Positions 46,655-56,789 of a stretch of DNA of 64,000 bases are shown piece by piece. The notes under the pieces were generated by a model, which saw only the letters and a program-made list of their open reading frames with translations, made no database searches and had not been told where the DNA came from. This stretch comes from a virus (Duplodnaviria; Caudoviricetes). The translations under genes were made by a program, and so were the position numbers. The stretch is taken from IMG/VR virus record IMGVR_UViG_3300028624_000004, positions 1-64,000 of that record; one strand, 5' to 3'. Position 1 is the first letter of the stretch; each line of letters starts with the position of its first letter.

Positions 46655-48258
46655 TGCCTATAGCATATGATGACAAGCAAATCGTAAGACCAAATAGAGA
46701 TATTCAGTTCACCCCCGAAATGGTCAGAGAGTTGGCAAGGTGTGCCGCTGACATCATATACTTCGCTGAAAAGTATTACACCATCATCCACCCTGTCAAG
46801 GGAGAAATGGTTATAAAGTTATTTCCTTACCAGAAGGAAATGATTAAGGCAATGTCGGAGAATCGTTTCTCTATATTCTGCTGTGGACGTCAGCTTGGTA
46901 AGTCAACCTGCGCCTGCATCTATTTGCTTTGGTACACATTGTTCAATCCAACCAAGACAGTAGCTATTCTCGCCAACATGCAGTCAACCGCCGTTTCGCT
47001 TGTCGGTGATATAAAGAAGGGCTATGCAATGTTGCCAGCATGGCTCAAGCCCGGCGTCACCAAGTACGACCAGCTTGAGTTGGGGTTCGAGAATGACAGC
47101 CGCATATTCGCTCGCGCTACATCTAAGAACGCTATTCGTGGTGAATCCATATCCTTGATGTTCCTTGACGAGTTCTCGTTCGTTCCCCAGGAAATAGCCG
47201 AAGAGTTTTGGGTATCCAACTTCCCCACCATTTCAACTGGTGGATCGGTCGTAGTCGTTTCAACTCCAAACGGAACCGCTGGCAAGTTCTACCAACTCTG
47301 GAACAACGCCACAACCACCCAACAGAAGCAGTGGAAGGCAATGAAGGTAAAGTGGGACGCCCACCCAGACAGAGACGAAAAATGGAAGGAAGACCAGCTT
47401 CAGTCTCTTGGTAAGATTAAGTTCCAGCAGGAGCATAATTGCTCCTTCACGGGTTCGACATATACGCTTATAGATGGTGATAAGCTCGCCTCATTGAAGC
47501 CAATGGATGCTAACTTCTATCCCGAAGAAGGTTACTACATGTGGCAGAAGCCAGTCCCCCAGAAGATTTATATGGTGACATGTGACGTTGCTAAAGGATC
47601 TAACAACGACTATCATGTAGCCAATGTATGGGATGTCACCCAATGGCATATAAACGGCAGAATAGAACAGGTCGCCATGTATCGTCGTAACGATGTGTCT
47701 ATATTCGACTTCAAGGACAAGATCAAACAGATAGCTACTCAATACAATAAAGCCATGGCAGTTATTGAGAATAATAATTTAGGTGCCGTTGTTGTCCAAA
47801 ACCTTTACTTTGAAGACGGATATGATAATGTATGGTTTGATGTTGATAAGGGGGACTATGGGGTAAATGCCAATGCCAAAACCAAGCCCCTGGCTTTATC
47901 ATACTTCAAGGAGGATGTAGAGTCTGGAAAGATGCTTATAAGAGCCGTTGAGATGCTTACCGAGCTATCATACTTCGAAGAGGTCAGGACAGGCATCTTC
48001 CAGGCTCGCCCAGGCAGGGGGTTCTTTGACGATACCGTTGTTTCGGGGTATTGGACATCATTTGCCCTCCGTTCAAGGTTCTGGGAAGATCACCTTCACT
48101 TTATATTACAGAATCCCAATCTCAACCTTCTCCAGAATAATGAGAGTGAACAAAACGATGAAGAAAATATGAAAAACTTCATGAGAATGATAGGTTCTGG
48201 CAGTACAAATCCAAATGATGATATAGATAGGTTCAAAAATGACCTTGCTCGTGGTTGA
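46654..48258 (+). CDS. 17: Terminase large subunit gp17
   Basis: DIIYFAEKY, RQLGKST, FLDEFSF, STPNG, FQQEH.C.F, CDVAKG, IENN, DDTV. Confidence 0.97.
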   Translation: MPIAYDDKQIVRPNRDIQFTPEMVRELARCAADIIYFAEKYYTIIHPVKGEMVIKLFPYQKEMIKAMSENRFSIFCCGRQLGKSTCACIYLLWYTLFNPTKTVAILANMQSTAVSLVGDIKKGYAMLPAWLKPGVTKYDQLELGFENDSRIFARATSKNAIRGESISLMFLDEFSFVPQEIAEEFWVSNFPTISTGGSVVVVSTPNGTAGKFYQLWNNATTTQQKQWKAMKVKWDAHPDRDEKWKEDQLQSLGKIKFQQEHNCSFTGSTYTLIDGDKLASLKPMDANFYPEEGYYMWQKPVPQKIYMVTCDVAKGSNNDYHVANVWDVTQWHINGRIEQVAMYRRNDVSIFDFKDKIKQIATQYNKAMAVIENNNLGAVVVQNLYFEDGYDNVWFDVDKGDYGVNANAKTKPLALSYFKEDVESGKMLIRAVEMLTELSYFEEVRTGIFQARPGRGFFDDTVVSGYWTSFALRSRFWEDHLHFILQNPNLNLLQNNESEQNDEENMKNFMRMIGSGSTNPNDDIDRFKNDLARG

Positions 48259-48347
48259 TAAATAACATAGGAGACGAAAATAGTATTAGACGCATATGTA
48301 AATCAATATAAATACTATGGAAGACACTCGTATAAGGAGCTAATATT

Positions 48348-50357
48348 ATGGTCGGATCTGCAAACCTCTCTCCTGGCGTAGATATCATTGAGCGCGATGC
48401 ATCGCTCCGCATTCCTACAGTTACTTCTTCTGTTGGCGCATTAGTAGTCGCGGCAAACCGTGGACCGCTCAATGTTAGAACATTAGTAAACGCTGAAAAG
48501 GATTACGTCGATGCCTTCGGTGAACCTGATGATATAAACTATACACACTTCTACACCGCTAAGTCCTTTCTCGAAGGATCAAATCAGCTTTATGTAGTTC
48601 GTGTTGAAAACGAGGATACTCTCGTCGCTGGATTGACTGTTGGTTTGTCAGGATCGGAAGTCAGTGAATGGGTAACTCCATTGGCTGCTAAGAACTTCCC
48701 AGTAACTTACGACAACATTCCTGACACAGAGCCATTGGCATATGATGGAGTAACTCCCGTATTCGGCAACACCGAACTTGAGGCAGTTGACAATGAACTC
48801 TACCATGTATGGGGAGTTGGTGCTGGTGCCTTCTATGATGGCGTCCAGTTTAACGTCATTAACGCAGTTGACTTCCAGACCCTCGTCGGATTCAAGGCTG
48901 AGCTTGCACAGGCTGCAACCACCTTTGAAACCCAAGCAATCATATACAAGTACTACTACGGCGTTCCACCATCAACCATCTCTGGCGACCCAGGATATGA
49001 TGTATGGGGAGGAACAACACCACCACCAACATCGAACCCAATATTCGATGATGTCGGTGACTATTTGGCAAACTCTGTCCTTCGTGACGACCTCATCGTT
49101 CCACCGTGGGAATCAACACAAGGTGAATGGGAAGTAAACAACACTCTGCTCAATCAGTGGACCGCATTTGAGTTTGGACCGGCGGTAACTGTTGAAAACG
49201 ACGAGTTCGCTCTCTTCGTTTATGCAGATGGCGACCTTCAGGAATCGTATGTTTGCTCGAAGATAGCAGACAAGCGCGACAACCAGGGAAACAAGATGTT
49301 TGGACCAGAATTGGTCAATGGTAACAGTAAGTACATCTACTTCTTCGTAGGTGCAAGTGAAGAAGGTGCAGCAGGAGTTGAAATAGTATCAACTGGTCTT
49401 CGCACTCTTGCTGGTGCTGGACATCTTACACAGAATCTCTTTGACCTTGTAGGTGAAATAGAAACTGCTTGGAGATACCACTTCACCAACAAGGAAGAGT
49501 TGGAAATAGATATCCTTCTCGACCCAGACTACCCAACCGTCTTGAAGCGTTCGCTTGATGATATCTGCAAGAATGTTCGTAAGGATTGCTTCACAATCCT
49601 CAATGTTCCTGTAGCCAAGATGATCAATGTCACCAACGCTAAGCAGGTTGCTCGTCCATATTCTTCAATGTCGGATTATGTAAACCTCGAATTGAACATC
49701 AACTCATCATATTCGGCTATCTATGGTCAGTACTTCGAGATTTATGACTTCTACAATGAGAAGTTCCGTTGGGTTCCAGCCACAGGTTATGTTGGTGCAG
49801 TCATCGCTCGTGTTGACTTCCAGTACGACCCATGGTGGGCACCAGCAGGATTGAATCGTGGTATCATCTCTGGCATCAACCGTGTTGCTGTCAATCCTAA
49901 CAAGGCTCAGAGAGATGTTCTTTACTACAACCGCATCAACCCAATTCCTAACCTCGTTGGTCAGGGAATCGTTATATGGGGTCAGAAGACACTCCAGGCT
50001 AAGCCAAGTGCCTTCGACAGAATCAATGTTCGTCGCTTGTTCCTCCACATGGAGCGTTCAATCGACAAGCTTGCTCGCTACTTCCTCTTCGAGTTCAATG
50101 ATGATATTACACGCTCACGCTTCCGTGGCTTAGTCAACGGATTCTTGGCGGAAATCAAGGCTCGTCGTGGAGTAACAGATTATCTCGTCGTAGCCGATGA
50201 GTCCAACAATACCGCAGAGGTAATCGACCGTAACGAATTCGTTGCTGAAATCCTCGTCAAGCCAACCAGAGTAATAGAGTTCATAAAGCTCATCTTTACT
50301 GCGGTCAGTACTGGCGTAGCATTCTCTGAAGTAGTTGGAAGGTCATCAGGAGTATAA
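48348..50357 (+). CDS. 18: Tail sheath gp18
   Basis: SPGVDIIERD, PWWAPAGLNRG, INPI, WGQKT, SAFDRINVRRLF, FEFND; late promoter at 48307-48314. Confidence 0.97.
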   Translation: MVGSANLSPGVDIIERDASLRIPTVTSSVGALVVAANRGPLNVRTLVNAEKDYVDAFGEPDDINYTHFYTAKSFLEGSNQLYVVRVENEDTLVAGLTVGLSGSEVSEWVTPLAAKNFPVTYDNIPDTEPLAYDGVTPVFGNTELEAVDNELYHVWGVGAGAFYDGVQFNVINAVDFQTLVGFKAELAQAATTFETQAIIYKYYYGVPPSTISGDPGYDVWGGTTPPPTSNPIFDDVGDYLANSVLRDDLIVPPWESTQGEWEVNNTLLNQWTAFEFGPAVTVENDEFALFVYADGDLQESYVCSKIADKRDNQGNKMFGPELVNGNSKYIYFFVGASEEGAAGVEIVSTGLRTLAGAGHLTQNLFDLVGEIETAWRYHFTNKEELEIDILLDPDYPTVLKRSLDDICKNVRKDCFTILNVPVAKMINVTNAKQVARPYSSMSDYVNLELNINSSYSAIYGQYFEIYDFYNEKFRWVPATGYVGAVIARVDFQYDPWWAPAGLNRGIISGINRVAVNPNKAQRDVLYYNRINPIPNLVGQGIVIWGQKTLQAKPSAFDRINVRRLFLHMERSIDKLARYFLFEFNDDITRSRFRGLVNGFLAEIKARRGVTDYLVVADESNNTAEVIDRNEFVAEILVKPTRVIEFIKLIFTAVSTGVAFSEVVGRSSGV

Positions 50358-50380
50358 TAGGTAGATAACAGGAGAAAAAT

Positions 50381-51013
50381 ATGCCATTCCCAACACCATT
50401 CGCCAATCAGAATCTTTATAACTTTCGTAGAGTTATAGGCGACCACTCAAGAGCATACCTCTTCATGGTTTCCGTTCCTCCTGTAGCCGGTAATGACGCA
50501 GAACTAACAGCTTTTGCTCGCACCACTAAGCTACCAGAGTATAACATCGAAAAGGTTGAAATTCCTTTCCAGGGAATGAAGTACAAGGTCGGAACTGTTC
50601 CTACCTTTGGTGACTGGACTGCCGAGTTCCTTGCTGATGACGCAATGGAACTTCGCATGAGATTCCTCCAGTGGCAGGCTTCCATCTACGACGCTCAGCG
50701 CCAGCTTTCTGGTTCTCCTGCCTTCTACAAGGCTGACAACATGACCGTTCGCCAGTTAAATCGTATTGGAGCAGTTGTTCTTGAATACGGTTTTATCGGT
50801 GCTTTCCCAACACAAGTAAGCGAAATCGCCCTTGACCACGGAAATACAGATGTTGAGAAGTTCACAGTCACCTTCTCATATGATTACTACAATGTCAACA
50901 ATACTGGCGTCCCTGGTGCTTCTATCGCAGCAGCCCCAAGTGCCGATGTATCGTTCGTCACCTACCAGCCATCTGGTCTTATCGGATCGGGATTAAATCC
51001 AATCCAGGGATAA
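50381..51013 (+). CDS. 19: Tail tube protein gp19
   Basis: RAYLF.V, LP...IPFQG, FGDWT..F..D, FPT.VSEI.LD, FTVTFSYDY. Confidence 0.9.
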   Translation: MPFPTPFANQNLYNFRRVIGDHSRAYLFMVSVPPVAGNDAELTAFARTTKLPEYNIEKVEIPFQGMKYKVGTVPTFGDWTAEFLADDAMELRMRFLQWQASIYDAQRQLSGSPAFYKADNMTVRQLNRIGAVVLEYGFIGAFPTQVSEIALDHGNTDVEKFTVTFSYDYYNVNNTGVPGASIAAAPSADVSFVTYQPSGLIGSGLNPIQG

Positions 51014-51041
51014 GGCATTTGGTTGGGTGAGATAACACTCT

Positions 51042-51962
51042 ATGCCTTTTACAAATAAGCAAAATACGAATTTACGAGAGTTTCGCCAGATAGTTGGCGA
51101 TGCTGCTCGTTCGTATTTGTTTGAAATTGATATTCCGGTAATAACCAATGACATCAATGATGCAAAGACTATAACTTGTCTAGCCAGATCTGCAAATCTT
51201 CCAAGATATACAATTGAAGATGTTCCATTTGAATTCCAGAAATCCACCTTCCATATGGGAGGAAGAGCAAAGTTTGATTCGTGGCAAGTTACCTTCATGG
51301 CAGATGTTTATCACAAGCTAAGAAACAGACTATTGACTTGGCAAAGTGTTATTTTTGATCCTACAAGACAGGTCGGTTATTCCCCGTCGTCCTACAAGAG
51401 AGACGGTGTTACTATTAAGCAGCTTGATAGAACAGGATCGGTTGTCACATCATATGAATTTAAAGGTCTTTTTCCTAGTGAAGTCGGGGAAATACAAGTA
51501 GACCAAGGCACCACATCTTTCGAAGAATTTAATGTTATATTCACATATGATTATTATGTTATAGGTTCTCAGATAGATAGGGAAGTTAAATACCCAGATC
51601 AGCAATCAGCGGTTAATCTTAAAGTCGGAAGTGAAATCTTAAGTCGAATCTATGCTGAGCCATCAGTGCCAGCATCAGAAAACGATATATCACAGCAAGA
51701 AATAGATTTAAGCTATAATTCAGCAACTCTTCCAGCATCTCTTGGATTTTTTGATGCTATAGGAGCATCCCCAACACAGTCAAGTCAACCCTATGGAGAT
51801 GGAAGCTTAAATACCCCAGACTCATCGAACAGAGAAACTACTATAGGTAATATATCTAGTTTCAATCCATATAATGCATTGGGTGTTCCATATTCATATC
51901 GTTGGATGCCTCCTGTCAAGGGACTGGCATCGGTTAGAATATCCCGCAGGGGAATAGGCTAA
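51042..51962 (+). CDS. Second tail tube-like protein with C-terminal extension
   Basis: First about 175 aa are clearly paralogous to gp19 (RSYLF, FDSWQVTF, FPSEVGEI, FTYDYY). Confidence 0.8.
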   Translation: MPFTNKQNTNLREFRQIVGDAARSYLFEIDIPVITNDINDAKTITCLARSANLPRYTIEDVPFEFQKSTFHMGGRAKFDSWQVTFMADVYHKLRNRLLTWQSVIFDPTRQVGYSPSSYKRDGVTIKQLDRTGSVVTSYEFKGLFPSEVGEIQVDQGTTSFEEFNVIFTYDYYVIGSQIDREVKYPDQQSAVNLKVGSEILSRIYAEPSVPASENDISQQEIDLSYNSATLPASLGFFDAIGASPTQSSQPYGDGSLNTPDSSNRETTIGNISSFNPYNALGVPYSYRWMPPVKGLASVRISRRGIG

Positions 51963-52019
51963 TATATTTAATAATTGTTAGCTTTCTGTTATAATAAAAC
52001 AACTATATAAGGAGATTGT

Positions 52020-52811
52020 ATGTCTGACGACAAACCATCGTTAAGTATTAATGATTTACGCAAAATTTATGCTACTAGTGCTGGTGATGAACTTGCTATT
52101 GATCTTTGCTATTCTCATCATAAAGCCTTCATTAAACCAATGAAAGTAAAGGACAAGAAGGATCTTCTTAAGGCTATAGAATCAAAGAATGAGAAACTTG
52201 TTCAATCTAACCTTGATGATATAGTTGAAAAGTATGTAAGGGTGGACGGTTATAAGAGCGTAAATCAAATGACCGTACAAGAAAGATACCAAGTTCTCGT
52301 CGCCATGCGCCGTGCGGCAGCAGGCGACGATACTAAAATAATACATCAGTGTCCAAAATGTGAACATGTTGCCAAGGAAATAAACTTTAATATGGCTAAT
52401 ATAGTCACAGTAGACTATAAGGAGCCAGAAAGAGGCAGCGTTATAGAAACCGCCGGTGGTGCTATAAAGATTACTCTTGGACCTATTCGCCGCTGCGATG
52501 AGAAGATACTTGAAAAGATTATATTCGACAAGAAGATAACCCTGACCTCTGAGCGTCAGTTTATCATGCTGGCTGGATGTATTCACAAGGTCGAAATAAA
52601 CCAAGATGACATGATTGCTGAAGTTCCTATGGACGCTGCTGAGAAGGTCGAGTTCTTTGAGAATCTTTCAAGTCGCGACTTGGATAGGATAACCGAATAT
52701 GTCAAGCAGACTGATCATGGAGTTAAAATCCCCTTCAAGTTCAAGTGCGCCAAGTGCGACTATGAGAACGAGCAGGAGGAAGCGAATGTCGCCGTTTTTT
52801 TTATCAACTAA
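52020..52811 (+). CDS. 26: gp26-like baseplate hub/tail assembly chaperone
   Basis: KPMKVKDKKDL, CPKC, EFFENL, CAKC, FF near the C-terminus; extended -10 at 51987-51995. Confidence 0.8.
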   Translation: MSDDKPSLSINDLRKIYATSAGDELAIDLCYSHHKAFIKPMKVKDKKDLLKAIESKNEKLVQSNLDDIVEKYVRVDGYKSVNQMTVQERYQVLVAMRRAAAGDDTKIIHQCPKCEHVAKEINFNMANIVTVDYKEPERGSVIETAGGAIKITLGPIRRCDEKILEKIIFDKKITLTSERQFIMLAGCIHKVEINQDDMIAEVPMDAAEKVEFFENLSSRDLDRITEYVKQTDHGVKIPFKFKCAKCDYENEQEEANVAVFFIN

Positions 52812-53095
52812 TGCAGCTTAATAGCGCCTATCAACAGGTGCTAAATGATATAGCTGAATTGGGTGTCGTTTCCTCTCCTTTTATAAATATATCAGAGGCG
52901 GAGGATCTTTCATGCGTTGAATTCGACTACTATCGTAGTATCTTCAAGCAGAAGTACGAGAAAGAGCAAGAAAACAAGGCTGAGTTCATAAAAGCCAGTT
53001 TTGAATTTGCTAAGAAGTGTACGGAAGCTATTTGTAAGACTATTGCGGGGGTATTCGGAGGCAAATCAGGAAGTGTCGATACGCCGGGGAAATAA
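52811..53095 (+). CDS. 51: gp51-like hub assembly protein
   Basis: ISEAEDLSCVEFDYY...EKE pattern; lies between gp26 and the tape measure gene. Confidence 0.7.
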   Translation: MQLNSAYQQVLNDIAELGVVSSPFINISEAEDLSCVEFDYYRSIFKQKYEKEQENKAEFIKASFEFAKKCTEAICKTIAGVFGGKSGSVDTPGK

Positions 53096-53098
53096 TAT

Positions 53099-55183
53099 AT
53101 GGCTACATTTGGCGCAGGATTTATTAGCGATTTACTAAAGTCAGCACACCAGACTGGTGTACAAGATACCTCCGTCAAGGAGATAAAAGATATAGTTTCT
53201 CAGTTGAGGAACATTACAAATACGATGGAAGAAAAGACAGAGTTCCTTTCCACTGACTTGGATTTGCTAAATGAGAATCTTAATCTTTTAATGAAAATGA
53301 GAGATGATATAAACAAGTCATCCGACAAAGATACCCACGTTTTAAGAAATATAACCGAGCGTCTGGAAATTACGATTGCGGAATTACAAAATATTATTCA
53401 TGAAGTAGCTGCAAAGGGATCCTTTAAGCCGGTTGAAAAAGACGAAGAAGACACTGATAAGAAGATTGATTCTATATTTCCATTTCTTCACAGCATTCCT
53501 CTCATATCATCGACAATAGTAAAAAGCATAAATGTTGCTAGAGAAGCAATATTGAATAAGATGAACAAGATATGGGTGGACATGTCAACAAAGATAGGTC
53601 TTATATCATCTAAACTTGGAGTTTTATCAAAAGACATAGCGGTTAACAATGCTTTAAATAGCAACATGCTGAAGGATTTAAAAAACTATAATGTAAAAGA
53701 ACAGCAAGGAGCGCGTGAAAGAGACTTAAGATTTTCTTCCATGCATGATTTTGTTAAGAAGTGGCAAGACCCGGAAAACAATCCCATTGCAAGATTGAAT
53801 AAAAGAATATCAAACATGTTTTCTTTTATTACAAGAATGAGAGAATTTTTATCTCTTGCTCTTCAGGCGGTGCGTGTAGTCATGACAGCAATATGGACCG
53901 GAGTTAGAACTTTAATAATATCGTTTTTCACTACTGTCTTGCCGATGATTCTTTTAATAGCTGCTATAGTTGCTCTTACAATAATAGTTCTTTATCTTGT
54001 CTGGAAGCACTTTGGTGAGTATATTAAAAAATTCTGGGGATATATTAAAGAATATGTCGTAGACTTTTTAGTTACTGTTTGGAATATAGCTAAAGAAATT
54101 CTCGGTTTTGTGTGGGACACTATTAAAACAGTATGGGGAATACTTGTTGATATATATGATTTTGTCGATGCTATATTCAGTGGGGATTTCACTGGAGCGT
54201 GGAAAATAATCAATAGGTTAATGTCAAGAATAGTTGATTTCATATTAAGTACATTTCAGCGTTTATTGAATATTGGGACTCTTCTAACAGAATGGTTTTT
54301 GCGTCAGCCGCTAGTAAAGTGGTTCATGAATGTATTCATGGTGGCGTGGAAGTTCTATACTGAATTGTTTGATTCAATGTGGGAATGGGTTAAGGGATTC
54401 TGGACAACATTATGGAGTGGATTAAAAGAAACTGTAAGCGGTGTTATATCGAATATCGGAGATGCGCTTAATCCATTTAATTGGTTCGCGTCAGGCGGTG
54501 AAGTTTCTAAACCAGTAAAGGGAGTTGTTGGTGAAGCTGGACCAGAAGCCATCATTCCTCTTTCTGGTGGCGGTGAATCAAAACTCTCCAAGGCTCTTAT
54601 TGAGTTCTTCGATTACTATCTTCCCTTCTTAAAGCCCACTATTGATTTCTTATGGAATTCGTTTAAGCCTTTCATGCCTATTCTTGAATCTGTTATGGAA
54701 TCAATATATAATGTTGTGTATGGAATAGTGTCTGGACTTAGTAATCTTCCGGGTTGGCTGGGTGGAAATATATTTAAGACACTTTTGGGCAAGATGAACA
54801 AGCCTGGAATAAGAGCAACCGGAAGACCAGAATCTCAGGAAGAGAAAAACTCTCTATTTGCTAAGATATTAAAAATTGATCCGGAGGATATTGCTAAATC
54901 AAGATTGGCTATCATAGGACCAAACCAAACAGAAATACAATCTTTGTTTACTGACATACAAGCACAGGCTGAGAGTGTAGAGAGAGCATCAAGAGTAACT
55001 CCAGTAGCAGATACTACGTCGCTTATTAAGCAGGGATTTGTTGAGATAAACAAGAAAATAGATCAGGCTGTTGGAAATTTAGCAGGAACAATAGCAGCTA
55101 ATGCAAATAAGGCTCCGATTGTCGATCCTGCATACGAATTATCAAAGATGTTATCACGCGGTCAACTCGGGGGAAAAATTTAA
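53099..55183 (+). CDS. Tape measure protein
   Basis: Helical with periodic Trp/Phe, a hydrophobic segment, and an ASGG.V...VGEAGPEAIIPL motif. Confidence 0.8.
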   Translation: MATFGAGFISDLLKSAHQTGVQDTSVKEIKDIVSQLRNITNTMEEKTEFLSTDLDLLNENLNLLMKMRDDINKSSDKDTHVLRNITERLEITIAELQNIIHEVAAKGSFKPVEKDEEDTDKKIDSIFPFLHSIPLISSTIVKSINVAREAILNKMNKIWVDMSTKIGLISSKLGVLSKDIAVNNALNSNMLKDLKNYNVKEQQGARERDLRFSSMHDFVKKWQDPENNPIARLNKRISNMFSFITRMREFLSLALQAVRVVMTAIWTGVRTLIISFFTTVLPMILLIAAIVALTIIVLYLVWKHFGEYIKKFWGYIKEYVVDFLVTVWNIAKEILGFVWDTIKTVWGILVDIYDFVDAIFSGDFTGAWKIINRLMSRIVDFILSTFQRLLNIGTLLTEWFLRQPLVKWFMNVFMVAWKFYTELFDSMWEWVKGFWTTLWSGLKETVSGVISNIGDALNPFNWFASGGEVSKPVKGVVGEAGPEAIIPLSGGGESKLSKALIEFFDYYLPFLKPTIDFLWNSFKPFMPILESVMESIYNVVYGIVSGLSNLPGWLGGNIFKTLLGKMNKPGIRATGRPESQEEKNSLFAKILKIDPEDIAKSRLAIIGPNQTEIQSLFTDIQAQAESVERASRVTPVADTTSLIKQGFVEINKKIDQAVGNLAGTIAANANKAPIVDPAYELSKMLSRGQLGGKI

Positions 55184-56329
55184 ATGGTTGAAACATTACA
55201 TTTACCGACAATACAAGCATGTCAAGCATATGGCATTCCGCGATCATACACAGCTTCTCGTGCTAATAGAAGAGACGAGGTTGCGTTTCTTAATGGTCCT
55301 CAATTTAATGGAATGAGAATAAACAGCACTCCATCCACTGTTTCAAATGCTAATGGAGATGGTGACACGGCAAGAATTGATGAAATAAAATTAGAATTTA
55401 TCGGCAATCAACCATATAAAATGACATTCACCCCAGATAACGGCATTCAAAAAGCAAGTTTTGAAAGTGGGAAAGACGATGTTTCTATTTTAGATGTATT
55501 CATTGCTCCGAATACAACGGATTGGATAAACTTTACTTCTAAACATGCGTGGGAAAAGCCGGGTGGTCTAATAACCAGTCTATTCGAGTCTGTTACGAGT
55601 TTAATTGGTGCTGGAAACGGTATTCTTACAAAAATACTCAATGCTACAGAGGGGGCTGGAAGTGATGTCAAGTTGAGAAGAGAACAGAACATCGTACTTG
55701 ATCAGGCAGATTCGTATAAATCATCTGACAGTATAGAGTTTACTGTTCCCTTTTTACTTTGGTCTGCTGGAAACTCCATAGAAGATTGGATTAGGGATAT
55801 ATATCTACCAGTAATGTTATTAACAGCATGGTCGTATCCTCGTCGTTCGAGAACTTTAAGTGCCCTTGAATCAGCGACACCAACAGAAACACAACCAGCT
55901 ACATCTGCCGATAGCGCAGATATACAGGGTAAAGTTCAAGACTTTGTAAATAAAATATATCCTGGCACTCGTATAACAATTTTAGATCCGCCTAGTTATG
56001 TCCGCGTAAGTCATACTTCTGGATTATTTTCCTTTAACCGTTGTGCGATATCATCTTTCAACTTTAAATACTTAGACCCGTGGGTAAAGGCTACCGTACC
56101 AGAAGGAAGTTATCTAAACGGAATGACGGAAACTCTATTAAATAAAGCGTTGCCAATGAGAGCAGAGTGTAGTATAACACTAAGATCAATTGAGAAGCTT
56201 TATGCGGACGACTGGATATCAATGTATACATCAGGATTGACCACCATGGGAGGAACAGGGTCAAAGGTTAGTGTGAACATAAGTCAATCCCAAAACACTA
56301 ATAGACAATCATCGACTAATCAACAATAG
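55184..56329 (+). CDS. Baseplate tube-cap/initiator-like protein (gp48/gp54 position)
   Basis: Synteny; tube-fold-like pattern F.VPF, PPSY, CAISSF...Y, P.RAECSITL. Confidence 0.55.
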   Translation: MVETLHLPTIQACQAYGIPRSYTASRANRRDEVAFLNGPQFNGMRINSTPSTVSNANGDGDTARIDEIKLEFIGNQPYKMTFTPDNGIQKASFESGKDDVSILDVFIAPNTTDWINFTSKHAWEKPGGLITSLFESVTSLIGAGNGILTKILNATEGAGSDVKLRREQNIVLDQADSYKSSDSIEFTVPFLLWSAGNSIEDWIRDIYLPVMLLTAWSYPRRSRTLSALESATPTETQPATSADSADIQGKVQDFVNKIYPGTRITILDPPSYVRVSHTSGLFSFNRCAISSFNFKYLDPWVKATVPEGSYLNGMTETLLNKALPMRAECSITLRSIEKLYADDWISMYTSGLTTMGGTGSKVSVNISQSQNTNRQSSTNQQ

Positions 56330-56336
56330 GTAAAAA

Positions 56337-56786
56337 ATGGCTAATAAAAGAACCACTATCGTTTCGGATTCTCTTTTTTCTAACTTGTTTCCCAAGTTAC
56401 ACTATGATCCTGTGGAGATATCTGAACCAATTTTAGATATTTGGTCATCTTTTAGACTTCAGTTGAGTCCACCAGAGTTATCGGACGAGGCATATATAAA
56501 ACATTCGGTTACACCAACAGATACACTATATTCCATTTCTAATCAATATTATAAAACAATAGAATTGTGGTGGTTTATTGCTTTAATGAACGATGCGATT
56601 GATCCGTATACATTTCTAGAAGATGTCTTAGATGGGACATGGAATGGTCCTGGCAATCCAAAGATTATAAAAATAATGCGCCCCGATTACCTTCCAAAAA
56701 TAAAACGAGACATGCTGTTCTTTAAGTCACTAAACGAGGAACAAAATAGAAAACTGGCTCTTGAGGGAAGAGCATCGGAAGCATAA
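56337..56786 (+). CDS. 53: Baseplate wedge gp53-like (LysM)
   Basis: DTLYSISNQYY...LWWFIALMN...DP. Confidence 0.82.
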   Translation: MANKRTTIVSDSLFSNLFPKLHYDPVEISEPILDIWSSFRLQLSPPELSDEAYIKHSVTPTDTLYSISNQYYKTIELWWFIALMNDAIDPYTFLEDVLDGTWNGPGNPKIIKIMRPDYLPKIKRDMLFFKSLNEEQNRKLALEGRASEA

Positions 56787-56789
56787 ACC

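Noticed and set aside
10113-48258. Inteins or introns in gp41, UvsX, gp43, UvsW, gp20 or gp17
   Set aside because: The ORFs are continuous and near normal length, with no C...HN-(C/S/T) junctions or LAGLIDADG motifs seen.
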